This document shows positions 1 to 12,124 of a DNA stretch of 64,000 bases, in pieces (position 1 is the stretch's first letter; each line of letters opens with the position of its first letter). Made by a program: the position numbers and the translations under genes. A model generated the notes under the pieces. That model was not told the origin of the DNA. It saw only the letters and a program-made list of their open reading frames with translations, and made no database searches. The DNA comes from Curvularia clavata (taxonomy: Eukaryota). The DNA lies in the NCBI GenBank assembly GCA_023920165.1, contig CP089274.1, positions 310,001-374,000 of the forward strand. Reading direction: 5' to 3'.

Positions 1-1
1 T

Positions 2-834
2 GTTGAGGTGCGCATGGTGGGTGCAGTCGGAGATGATGAATTCCATCAAGGTTTCCTAAAGGCACTACGTGGAGATGGCTTGAACACTGATAAAGTAGAG
101 ATTCTGCCCGGGAAGAAGACTGGTGTTGCAGTCATCGTAGTTGAGACTGGAACGGGTGAGAATCGCATCATGTTCAACGCCGGTGCGAATGGCGAAGTAG
201 CTGTCAAGGACTTGGTGGATGAGGATGCGAGTGTTGCGCTGTTCCAACTCGAGTTACCGCTGCAGGTTGTACTGCATAACATGGCGATTGCGCGGAAGAA
301 GGGCGTGGAGACTATCATCAACCCTGCGCCGGCAATCCCGTTGCCAGCGGAGGCATACCAAGGGCTAGATCATCTCATTGTCAATGAGACAGAAGCAGCC
401 ATTTTGAGCGGTATTGAGAACCCAACGAACTGGGATGAAGTCGCGGCGATTTTCATCGCGAGGGGAGTAAAGAATGTCATCATTACGCTTGGAGGAGAGG
501 TAAGTTTATATTCACGTCTCTTGGACACACGGGACAACTTGCTTACTAGTGACTTCAGGGCGTTTACTATAAAACTGCAAAGCAGCAAGCTTCATCTCAA
601 TCGGGAGTCATAGTGCCAGCGCGTAAGGTCAAAGTCGTCGATACCACGGCGGCTGGAGATACTTTCGCCGGTGCTTATACCGTCGCGGTAGCAAGATGGA
701 AGGCCATGGCCCAAGGTACTGATTTCAGCCTGGATGCTGCCATTGCACAAGCAAATCGAGCCGCATCGATGACTGTGCAGAGGGAAGGAGCGCAGTCGAG
801 TATTCCTTGGGCTGACGAAGTTCCCGAGTCCTAA
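2..834 (+). CDS. RBK1: Ribokinase (PfkB family), 5'-truncated by window edge; intron 500..558
   Basis: Motifs GAVGDD, TGVAVI, GAN, QLE, NPAPA, LIVNETEA, ITLG and DTTAAGDTF. A GTAAGT...CAG intron joins ITLGGE to GVYYK...VIVPARKVKVVDTTAAGDTF. Confidence 0.92.
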
Positions 835-1482
835 GTAGAGAGAAGTAGATGTTAAAAGAATGCTACTCCATCCATGTCACTTTGAGTATCCATCTGCCAT
901 TTTTCATTTGCAAGTTGGGAAACCGGATCGTTAAAACTGGTGTTATTTTCATGAAACATATGGTTGTCTCGTACCCGAATGAAATTTCGCCAAATGAAAG
1001 CTGTGTTATGATATTAGGTTGCGTCCCACGCACAGCTGCGTTTTCGGGTATCGATATCCTAACCCCACAATCTTGTATCCGGATAGTATTCTCACGGATA
1101 CTGATTGGTAATGAAATATGAAAAATGTCACAATTTAAGCTCACAAAAGCATTCAACATGGGAAAAGTTTCCCATCTAGCATGCATCGGAAGATTGTGGG
1201 CATCAGCTTCGCCGAGCATACCCGTGCACATGTGATATACCTCCGAAGATGTTTAGAACCTACTTGAAGCGTGCGCTTCTGTTTTGATCATTGCTGACCT
1301 AGGTTTTCTACTGCCTGAAACCCCTATTCTTTAAAACAGTCTCCTTAGGCTTCCTATATGCCTACCACTCTTTAGGGTAAACTTACGTCCTCGACACTCA
1401 ATAATCTTGGGCTGAGGCGATTTTACCTTACGCACGATAGAATTGCAACATACCCAAAATTCAGAACGCAATCACACCAACA

Positions 1483-3029
1483 ATGACGCTACAAAAATCA
1501 CCGCTTCGATGTCCTGAGAAAGACCACTGTGAAAAGCTCGATGTTCTTGAAGAAACCACCATCAACGACAAACTCAGCACTCAGCATACCCACCAGGATG
1601 ACATTCCCCTGAGTCAAAAAAAGCTCGAATCGAGAGTCATCCGTAAAGTCGACTACCGCCTGATACCCATTCTTGGCCTCTTGTACTCTGTCGCCGGCCT
1701 CGACCGTGTTAATCTCTCCAACGCCCGCGTCGCAGGGATGAATAAAGATCTGCGCTTCGATATTGGAAATCGGTATTCGATTGCGCTGCTCGTCTTCTTT
1801 ATTACTTATTGCCTCTTTGAAATGCCTAAGACACTCCTGCTCCGCCCCGTCGGACCAAAAGTTCTGCTCAACGGGCTGGCCGTGAGCTGGGGCGTTGTAA
1901 TGCTGGGCATGGGCTTCGTGGACGATTGGCGTCTGATAGTCGTGTGTCGCATGTTGATTGGAGTGCTCGAAGCGGGATTTCTACCTTGCTGTATGTTTCT
2001 GCTAAGCACGTGGTATCAGCGGTATGAGATCCAGCAGCGAGTTTCGTGGTGGTATCTGATCAACCTCTTTGTCTCTGCATTTGGGAATATATTGGCGTGG
2101 GCTATAGTGAAGCTTGACGGCGCCCATGGCGTTGCTGGGTGGAGATGGATTTTCATGTGAGTACTAAGACTCTTTCGTGGAGGAGTTACCGGGGCTGACG
2201 TGTGCAAAGAATAGAAGGCGCTGCCACTATCGGTATTGCGTTACTAGGTTTCTACCTGGTCATTGGCTTCCCGGACACGATGCTGGCAAGTAGCAAAATG
2301 CAAGGCTTTACCCAAGACGAATTGGAGGTTGTACTGAACCGCATCGAGCGAAATCGCCGCGATTCAAAACCTGACAAGCTTTCTTGGGCCAAATTCTATC
2401 AACACATTGCAAACTGGGAACTCTGGGTCTATGGTTTCATGTTTCTCACATGTTCAGCCCCAATATATGCCTTTGCATATTTCATCCAAATTATTCTTGG
2501 GACAATCGTTAACACCACCGCCCTTGTAGTCTTGCTTTGTGCTCCACCATACCTGGTATCCATTTTCTGGACCGTTGGATGTGCTTATCTTGCCGACCGC
2601 ACAAGGCTCCGGATGCCATGGATGCTCATGAACGCTGCAATCACCATTGCCGGCCTGTTGGTCGTTGCTTATGCCTCCAATCCCGGAGCACGCTACTTCG
2701 GTGTTTTCCTAGGCGTCAGCGGCTGTAATGCTAATTTGCCTACAATTATTGCCTTCCAGAGCAACAATGTCAGAAGTGACTCGAGAAGAACTGTTGCAAA
2801 TGGCGTACAGTTTGTTTTTGCTGCTATTGGAGGCATCTATGCCAGCACAACGTTCATGCAGAAGGAGTATCCCTCATATCACACGGGGGTTTGGTGCGCA
2901 GTTGTAACTCAGTTTTTGCTAATCGTCTTATGCGCTGTCACATTCTTTCACTTCAGGAGGATGGACCGCATCGCTGATGAAGGAGGAAGGCTCATACAGG
3001 AAGAAGCTACATTTAGATACACCTATTGA
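1483..3029 (+). CDS. MFS transporter, Dal5/allantoate (anion:cation symporter) family; intron about 2157..2209
   Basis: RKVDYRLIP, LDRVNLSNA, EAGFLP, WY..YE...R, GWRWIF/IEG motifs and about 12 hydrophobic segments; GTGAGT donor and CTGAC branch point. Confidence 0.9.
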
Positions 3030-3196
3030 GGACTGCTCATGCATTTGGAAGAATAGAATCTTGATGAAAAGAATTTATGAAGCTTTCTCTAAATCTAAAT
3101 CTATCTCTAATGAGCAAAAAGTCCAGCAAGGCATCGCTTCTACCTTGCAATCTCCACCTGGTAGATACCCCTACATCTTGCGCCTTATTTTTGCAC

Positions 3197-3698
3197 CTAA
3201 CAGACTCCTTGGAAGCCTAAAATTTGTTAGAAAGTTGCCTGCTCTAGAGGTTGGGAGGGCTGAAGACTCACAGTAGTTGGCAAAGTCAGTAGCAGTGACT
3301 GAAACAAGGCAACCAAGGATAGCAGCTATAATCGATCAGAACATATAGTGAATAGAACAGCAATTCTTAAACTCACCTGGACCCCAGACTGTGATAGCAG
3401 CAAGAAAGGCAGCAGCCTCAGCCGTCAAAAGGAAACCGCATCGCTCAAGACGCTTGCAGCCCGCACACCATCCGAGACTGTGTCCGTTCTTGAACGTGTG
3501 GTGCCATCTCTCACACGTGGAGGTTGAATCCATAAGAGGCAGAGATGAAGATTAATATAGTGGAATGTTTGCCGGCTGTTTGGGTGGGTTGGCAGGTTCA
3601 GGAACAAAATTTTTCGTTTGCGGTACTGTTGCTGGTGCTGGAGTAGCCATAGCAAGGCTGGCAAGGGAAAGAACAGGGAGGATCTGGAAGAACTTCAT
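3197..3698 (-). pseudogene. Small secreted Cys-rich protein gene (3 exons) interrupted by one in-frame TAA at 3554..3552
   Basis: Signal peptide MKFFQILPVLSLASLAMA. The frame continues after TAA into MDSTSTCERW...VWGP. Introns 3326..3376 and 3217..3271 (both GTGAGT...TAG, with CTGAT and CTAAC branch points) give ...AAILGCLVSVTATDFANYCFQGVC*. Spliced length is 396 nt. Confidence 0.7.
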
Positions 3699-6600
3699 TT
3701 TCGAAAAGTTGATTGTTTGGAGGGTAACGATTGACTGGAAAGTTGGATAGTAGAGACTGTTGTGGGAGCGAATGTGTTGATGATGATGGTGATGATGAGA
3801 GAAAAGGAGGACAGTCAGTCGCCTTTTATGCAATGGATTCTCTGAAATCACCCATTGCGATGACATTTTTTTTTAGTTCTGCTTTCACACCATACATTGC
3901 GCCTAGCAGCATTAGTGCCTGTCTCTGTCACGAGGTAGGGAGCTTACCCACGAGAGTCAAGTGATCTTACAAGCATAATACGATTATAGCAATGCGTAGT
4001 AGCTAGAAAGAAAACGTAAGCGCATAGTATAACCTAGGTAGCTAGAAGCTAATGCGCATGGCCTAGCTATGCTATAGCGGTCTATCTTCGATTTGGTTGT
4101 TTCAGTTGGCAGCGTTCTTAGCATCGATCAGTGGTGATACACTTCACCGCCTGTTTTTAAAAATAGATTTAATCGTAGAACGTCAATACAGTGCATGAGA
4201 CTAATTTAGACTTCAGAGGCTCTAATGAATTCTATCCAAACCTACGATTACGCTAGAACGCGCTACGGGTAGCTCTACCGCAAATTCGAAGTTTAAATCG
4301 AAGTAGAAATTAGCGGATTAAGCCAGGCCTTTAGAACAGTCCATTTACCCTCCGCCTTGATGTTGAGACTAAACTTGCAAAGGAACTTTCCGGATGTTTA
4401 CCGTAATCATTTAGCAATTGGACGAGTACTCAACAGAAGTGGAGTTATCATCCCCAAAAAAAAACGACAGAATTTTGGCTTCTCTGTACCACACAATGCG
4501 TTACAACACTAAAAGGGAGATTAATGGCTCGCGTCATGTATTTTCCTTCAATTTAGCATTGGACAGTGCACTTGACAAACTGTCACCAGAGATACTCATT
4601 TGGTAGTAATAAGCGGTGTAAATAACGGAGATCCATGTCACACATGAAACCTGCGACGAGTTTAATCACAACACAGTCATCATTTCGTCATACTAGCAGA
4701 CTACTCAACGATCGCACACTTTCATGGTACTTTTGCGTCTTCATGCAAAGCAATACTGTGATGCTCACTCTTTAGATCAACACTACAGCCTTGTATCTAC
4801 CTTAGTTATTGGGCGGATTTGTTACAGCCAACAGCGCAAGAAGAAAACATGGAAGAATTTGAAAATGTACCGAGATAGTATTATCGCAAGATTTCATTGG
4901 CTAAATAGGTTGAGAAGGCCAGCTAGGGGCTTGATTTCCAGTAAGGTTCTATAATAGACTAGGCTTGGGGGTGTCACAACGTGCCCTACCCGTCTGGGTG
5001 TCTCACCGTCTAGCACGACACCATGATATCCCCATATCAGAAAGCAGTTTTAATCCATGAAAATGATGGACTAGTCAGTCATTGATGAAGTGATTTCCGA
5101 GAAAGGCTCGGTTGAGATCTACGCCAGCCAAGGTACCTGAGTAGACCTGCATAGTTTCTATAAGATATCCAAAGAAATATAAACACTAGCCTTATCTCCC
5201 CCTCTTTTCCGAGACATATTCTCGTCATCTTGAAACATGGAGTTCCAACAGCACAAATGAAGTAAGCTACCGAAGTGCATTTATGAAATGGCTGGGTAGG
5301 GCACCCAGAAATTGTCCACAATAGGCTCGTGGTCGTCGAATATCTCCAAATTGTGCGTCACATGGAATTCTCGAGTTGCTATAGATATCGCGATCACATG
5401 AAATAACATGGCATGCTGTGTGAAGAATGTTGGAGCCACTTGAAACAAATATTATTCGTGCTTTAATACCTCGACTGGACGTCGTTCAATCGCGGGGAAG
5501 TTTATCGCATCTGTTTCTTTATCCTATTGATTTCCGTCCGATGCAATTTCTAGATGAAAGCAAGTTCGCGTGGCGGAGGGTATTCGACGTGAAAGAAGTT
5601 GGATCAGAAATACTTTTAGTAAGAGCGGAGTCGATCATAACTTCTCAGATCATTACCTAGCTTTTGAAGACCAGTTAGCCTTCAACATACTAGAGAACGA
5701 AAGAATGCTTTGAGGACGGACGAGAAAGCGAAAATTTTGTAAGAGGAACGACATGTCATACGAGTGATACGCAGTTGATACGAACCAATACCCCACTCCA
5801 TACGTGGCCCAGATCCTAATTGCAGAGATTTCTCACTAGACAACTCATAGGACATGCTGTTGAGGAACTATCGCCCGTCAAAGAACATATTGATGATGGC
5901 CCTGGCACCTGATGTGTCCGTGACGAACAAACAATAGGAATGTGACCCAAAATACATGCAATGTCAAACGTTTTCGCTTTGCATATAGATTAAAACACCG
6001 ACAGTTGATTTCTTGCATCATAAATGAGCAGGATAGAGGTTACACAGTCTGGAGGCCAGGAGAAAGGATCAGGTCTTATGAGCTGAGTAATGCTACAGGT
6101 TACGCAGAGATTTCTACAAGCCTACTCTCCTTACTTACTAGCTAGCTTGTTATACATTTTCAATGAAAAGATATCTTACGCTTTATCTCCCTATCGTATT
6201 AATCAATTCCAGTAGCAGCTCTTAATCATTGTGCTTCTACCAGTATGGAACTTGCATCTGCTGATTTTGCCATACTCGCTCAATTCAACAGAACGTTAAA
6301 CCTGCGCAGAATGAGTGCACTTTTACGAACACTTTTAAACGTTATTACCAGCTAGATTTTAAAAAGTACATCCTATCGACTGGAGATTTAATGTTTTTGG
6401 TCCTAATGCTTTACTCATCCTATTAGTAGGTGGTGTAAAACCGGGCTCCTACACACCTTTCTACACCCTCCACTATCGTAAGAGTGTCACCATCCTTTAA
6501 TAGCACCATCACATGCGCGGAAAGTCGTCTCATTCCCTGGTCGTTCTAGTGAGCAATATATTCTCTCAAGCTAGTCTGATCCTTGGTGGATCATAATAGC

Positions 6601-6913
6601 GGCGAGCATCCCTGCGAACCGTCTCACGTTGTCGTGTTCTGCATCACCATTGGTTAACCGGTCGCCACAGATCAGCACGCACAACAAGCATCAGCCCCCG
6701 AATAACTGTCTTACCTGCCATTAACGGGGACTTGCCCTGATCGAGCGCTATGGAATGTCTTCAGGCCGCCTCGTACAGTTTAATTGGCTTTACGGGCATG
6801 CCAAGACGAGAACTTGGCTTGAGGATTTGTACACCTAGAAGTATAAGTTAAACTCTGCGGCGGAGGTTGAAACGCAAGGTCGCTTCAATCTACCCTCCCA
6901 GGCTTGGCCCGAT

Positions 6914-9207
6914 ATGAAAACCTTCTCAAGATGCGCAATCTGGGCAGCGAGTGCCATCTCGTTGGTTGCTGCCCGAAACGCCAACATCACACTTGTTCCT
7001 GCGGCTACCGGCTTTGACGGAGACAACACTGGTTTCATCTATGGCAAATCACCGCTCCTCGTTGTGAATGATGGTAGTGCAGCAGATGGAGGTTTACGGA
7101 CGTTTTCCGTCTCCAACGGAACTTCTCTAGTGGAAAAATCTCACGAGAAAACCGGTCGCTCAAAGATTGCGGTGCCAGTTCACGACATTGGCGGCCGTGA
7201 TCTCATTATCAATATACCTGCGCCAAATTCGTTGATCGAGGTCTTCGATGCTCAAACAGGAAAGAAGTTATCTAAGGATAACAAGAGACAGCTCGGTGAT
7301 TGGAGCACGGCATGCACATGGCGAAGCGAGAAAAGTGGAGAAAGCTACATCTTCCTGTTCGGAAAGAAGAAGGTGGTACAGTTCTCGATTCAAGATATTG
7401 ACGACGAAGTAGAAGTTCTGGAAGTATGACTATCGGCACGATTTCCGAAAAGAAAGCAATAGCTGAAGTGACATAGGTCCAAACATTTCCAGTTGCTATC
7501 GAGGGCGAAAGCTGCTCAGTTTTCTCCAACGGCCAGGTCTTTTTCTCGGCTGAGGATCGGCCATTGTATGCTTTTCAAGCTTCAGAGACCACCAAATCCC
7601 CTGAAATACGAACTGTGGTTGAGAACATCAAAGTGGCTGGCCTCGCTACATACCACAGTACCTCCGGCGACTACCTCCTGGTAGCGCATGATGAGACGAT
7701 TGACGTGTACGATGCGATGATGAAATCCAAGGGAAGTATCACCCTAGGTGGTATCTCGGACCTCTCTATCGAGGGAGGATTGTCGGTTTTGCAATCTCCA
7801 GTATCTGGATATTCATTAGGTATCATCGCATTTGCTTTCGAAGGCGAAGACAACAGCGGCGTAGCTATCGGATCTCTCGAGGGTACTCTTACCTCTTTAG
7901 GTATTCAAGCCAACACCCGATACAGCCCTGCGACTAAAGCTTGCAAACGTTGCGAGAGTTCGGTTTCGAAAAAGTGCTCTTACCATGGTTTCCGCAGTGG
8001 CGAGGACTGTTCTTGTTTTGCTGGCTTCACGGGTCGTGACTGCTCGAAGACCATCTGCAAAAATGACTGTTCGGGTAAAGGAAAATGTGTTGGCCCCAAC
8101 GTATGCAATTGTAAAGATGGATGGACGGGTCCAGACTGCTCCTTCGCAGCTGTCAAAGCGAAATACGAGACTGAAGCGAACGGTGGTGACGGCGACGACC
8201 CAGCTATCTGGATACATGCAACAAAGCCGGATCAAAGCAAGATTATTACTACGACCAAATCCGCGGAGGGCGAAGGGTTTGGTGTATTTGATCTACAGGG
8301 AAAACTCTTACAACATCTGACAGCTAACAAACCGAATAATGTCGACATCATTTACAACTTTACAGTTGCCAGCCGCAAAGTAGACCTTGCGTATGCCGCA
8401 TGTCGTGGAGATAATACTCTCTGGTAAGTACCGTAGCCGAGTCAGGAAACATCAGCTAATTTGTCAAGTCTGGTTGAAGTCAACAGCACCGGCTATATCA
8501 GTGATATCTCTGGAGGCATCCAGCCGCTTCCCAAGGATTACGAGCCGTACGGATCATGCAATTACCACTCCGAGGTTTCGGGCAAAGACTACCTCTTCGT
8601 AAACAACAAGGAAGCTCAGTATCTCCAATACGAGCTTACGGCTAGTGCCAATGGCACTTTACAAACGACCCTTGTCCGCGAATTTCAGGGTGGTTCTGGA
8701 GGTCAGGTCGAAGGTTGCGTTGCGGACGAGAGCGCTGGATACGTATTCATCGGCGAAGAAGGACTGGGTATCTGGCGCTACGAGGCTGAACCCAACGGCT
8801 CTAAGACTGGTGTGCAGATTGCCAAGATAGGCGATCAGAGCGGTCTTGAAGCTGATGTCGAGGGAATTACGCTTGTACCTGCGAAATCTGGGCCTGGTGG
8901 CTACATCATGGTCTCGTCCCAAGGAATCTCAGCGTACATCATCTATGAGCGGGCCCCACCGCACAAGTACGTTGGAAAGTTCACCATCGTGGACAACAAG
9001 GAGAAGGGAATTGATCATGTGAGCAACACGGATGGCATTACTGCGGTGGGCAATGCGCTCAACAAGGACTTCCCGAATGGCCTGTTCGTTACGCACGACG
9101 ATGCCAATGAGCTACCTGGAGGTGGTACGGGAAAAGAGGCAAGCTTCAAGCTCGTGAGTCTGGTGGATGTGCTAGGGGAGGAGAGGGCAAAGAAACTAGG
9201 GTACTAG
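6914..9207 (+). CDS. Secreted beta-propeller phytase (3-phytase) with central EGF-like repeats; introns 7424..7476 and 8424..8468
   Basis: Signal peptide; Cys-rich CSCFAGFTGRDC...CNCKDGWTGPDC; phytase motifs DGDDPAIWIH, PNNVDI, QVEGCVAD, ADVEGITL, VSSQG, TDGI, FPNGLFVTHD. Confidence 0.9.
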
Positions 9208-9470
9208 ATTGACTGCAATGGATGGATGTGGTTACGTGAAACTGAAATAACAGATGTCCATCTCAGACTGGTGTGACCACATAACGCGATGGCCGCGCAT
9301 GAGTTGACGCGTGTGCACGTGATGATGAGAATTTGGAAACTCGATTATGGCGGGGCAAGCGTGTGTGTACGCTGCCCCACTGTGAGGCATTGTTCATCGC
9401 AACCCTTACAAGAGGGCTCAAGGAATTAGGGCTGGCTGCTCCACCAAAGGATACAAGCTCCAGTGGGAAG

Positions 9471-11027
9471 ATGTCTGCCGGGGCCTCAGCCCAAAAGCTG
9501 GACCAACTGCCGGCTGAAATGCTCGAGTTCACACTCCTCAAGGCGACAGGCTCGCTGGCACCACGGCTTGGCCGCCTTTCGGTGCCAGGGCGCAATAAGA
9601 TACTAACACCGGGATTCATTGGTAACACGTCCAGAGGCATCATCCCGCATATCTCGCAGGATAATTTCCAGAAGAGCGTCGACCTGAGTGGTGTCTATGT
9701 CCCTCTCGAAGATTGTGGGTAGCGCAATCAACTGCTGCAGCACCACATACACGGCTGACGCATTGCAGTCGTGGAAAAACACCCCCAGAAAACACCGCCA
9801 GTGCTCCAGTATGATGTCCCAGAGCCACTACGCCGCTTCATCGCCCTGCCACCGGAAACACTGCTCGTTCTCGGTGCGCGTCGCAACCCACCCATACCCA
9901 GCCCCCACGCAAACTCCAACACCCAAGTTGGCCTCCTGACTTCCGTTGGCTTCACCTCTGTGTCATCGGAGTTCTACGCAGCCACTACGACGAAGCTGCA
10001 GCCTGACATTGTTGTGGGACTGGCGGATATTCCCTTTGGCCAGGACTCTGTTAGCCTCAAACGCAAGGACAAGATGAGCGACAGGACCGAGACGTGGCTG
10101 CGAGACTTGGTCGTCAAGAAAGGCACACTAGAAGGGAAAGAAAAGAGCTGGGCCATATTTGCACCCATACTGCCTATTGAACGCGATCTTCAGTCGTGGT
10201 ATCTCGAGCATCTGATAGACGATATGGTGGACAAAATCAGTGGTGTTGCCATATATGACGCCTATCTACTTGATGACCTCCCGGACCAGTTGCACCATCT
10301 TCCAAGACTTTCGTTTCATGCTCCCGCCAGCCCTCACGAGCTTCTCCGCCACATCAACCTGGGTATGGACGTCTTTACTGTTCCTTTTGTAAACGATGCA
10401 ACCGATGCCGGCATAGTGCTAGATTTCACCTTCCCACCACCTGCAAACCCAACAGAGGGCAGCACTCGCCGCTCTCTGGGCATCGATATGTGGAGCGGCG
10501 ACCATGCACTATCTGTCACCCCGCTTTCAGAGGGTTGCACTTGCTATACTTGCACCAAGCATCATCGCGCCTTTCTTCAGCACCTCCTCGCCGCCAAAGA
10601 GATGCTAGGCTGGGTACTGATCCAAATCCACAACCACGCCATTCTCTCAGCCTTTTTTGCAGGCGTGCGAGCTTCAATTGAAGATGGCACATTCGACGCC
10701 CAAATGGCTGCTTTTGAGGCCTATTACGAGCCCACTCTACCAGAGAAGACTGGCCAAGGGCCGCGTGTAAGAGGATACCAGTTTAAGAGCGAGTCACACG
10801 CGAAGAAAGACAAGAAGAACCCAAAGGCGTTTAAAAAATTTAGCGAAGAAGAAATCTTGAAGCTCAAGGCTGCACATGGGCAGCAGCCAGGTAAAAATCC
10901 TGAGATCAGAGACTATATCGATGATGAGGCTCTGGTGGGACTAGTGGGGTTGGAACGCTCTACGGTTGATCCGGATCCTATTAAGCAAATAGACGGTGTA
11001 GTTATAGAAGACGACAAGCGGGCCTGA
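9471..11027 (+). CDS. QTRT2: Queuine tRNA-ribosyltransferase accessory subunit (QTRT2/QTRTD1-like); intron 9715..9768
   Basis: N-terminal PRLGRL...TPGF...TSRG.IPH; zinc site CTCYTC...HN; overall similarity to the non-catalytic accessory subunit of eukaryotic TGT. Confidence 0.85.
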
Positions 11028-12124
11028 GCTTCCAGAAAACACGTTTAATGTTAAGCCATGGCGTAACCAGTCGTCCAATACAACAGTCAGGCAATGGCCC
11101 TGGACTTTCCGTCCGTCTCCTATCAAATACGCACCTGTCTGACCGGTGGATTTATATGGTCGCTTTACAAGGCGGATACCATAGAACAGAGCACCTCCTA
11201 ATGTGTGTCACGTATTGTGCAGTATCCCTAGCCGATATACGCGCTTCAGATGATCTGGTCCATGTTCCTTATTCAGCGCCCGCATTTTGTATCGTCAGCA
11301 GGCCTTGTGACATTTTTTTCACCATCACTCTCGAATAGGAAGAATTCCAAATAACAAATACTAATACTTCTCGACGGGTGATAATAAGCGTAACAAGGGT
11401 GCGGCTGGTGACAAAGTACAAAGGACTGCATCTGGATTAGTGTGGTGGGGTTGTGCGGTAGCTGCCTTCCTTTCCGCGCCGGTATCCCAACCTTCCATAC
11501 GAACGTGGATTTCTTCCATCAGCTTTATCCGCGGCCCAGATTATTTCCATCCTATCGGAGGATAACACACAAGCATCGTGCAGTGATTCGATCTCACTGG
11601 AAGAAAGAATGCAACAGCATCGTTCTTTGACTAGGTGGCGAGAAGGCGCCACAATCGTCTGGCCGGCTCGACTGGAGCGAACCATCCCAAGCCGCGTCTT
11701 TCCCAATCCCCATGTCCCCCACTTAGTGTTAAGTGCTAGTGCTGCCACTCTCCTCGACCCTGCGCCATGCAAGCATGGCGCGAATCAAGCCCTGACAGTG
11801 CTGACGATGGCTTGAAGCACATGCCGCTCAGGGCGGTAGATAATGATGATTTCCTCGCTTCCACCGTCAGCTTTTGACCATACGCTTCATCTAGACTGCG
11901 CTTGGCTGATAGTCATATGTCTTTGATCCAGCTAGCTCACCAATGAGCAAGGGGCTGATCCTATCTCGACCTGAGACAAGGGGCTTCCTAGTCCTCACAG
12001 TCAGCTCTGGCGAACTCTAATCAAGCGACGACCCACTAGCTTAAAGAGACATATAGTCTACTATGCCCTCCTGCCAGCTTGACTGCAAAGCAGTGTTGGC
12101 TGGCTCACATGTGTATTGGTCGCA

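Noticed and set aside
4724..4980. Chromodomain/LTR retrotransposon remnant
   Set aside because: Only a vague resemblance; no RT, integrase or second LTR copy visible, so not called as a mobile element.
5400..5700. Minus-strand frame with several stops read as a RIP-decayed gene; 77-aa plus-strand ORF
   Set aside because: Stop density is about what AT-rich non-coding DNA would give, and neither strand shows a recognisable motif.
9319..9335. GTGATGATGAG as a snoRNA C box
   Set aside because: No suitably placed D box (CTGA) or terminal stem; more likely a promoter element (PAC-like GATGAG) of QTRT2 or chance.
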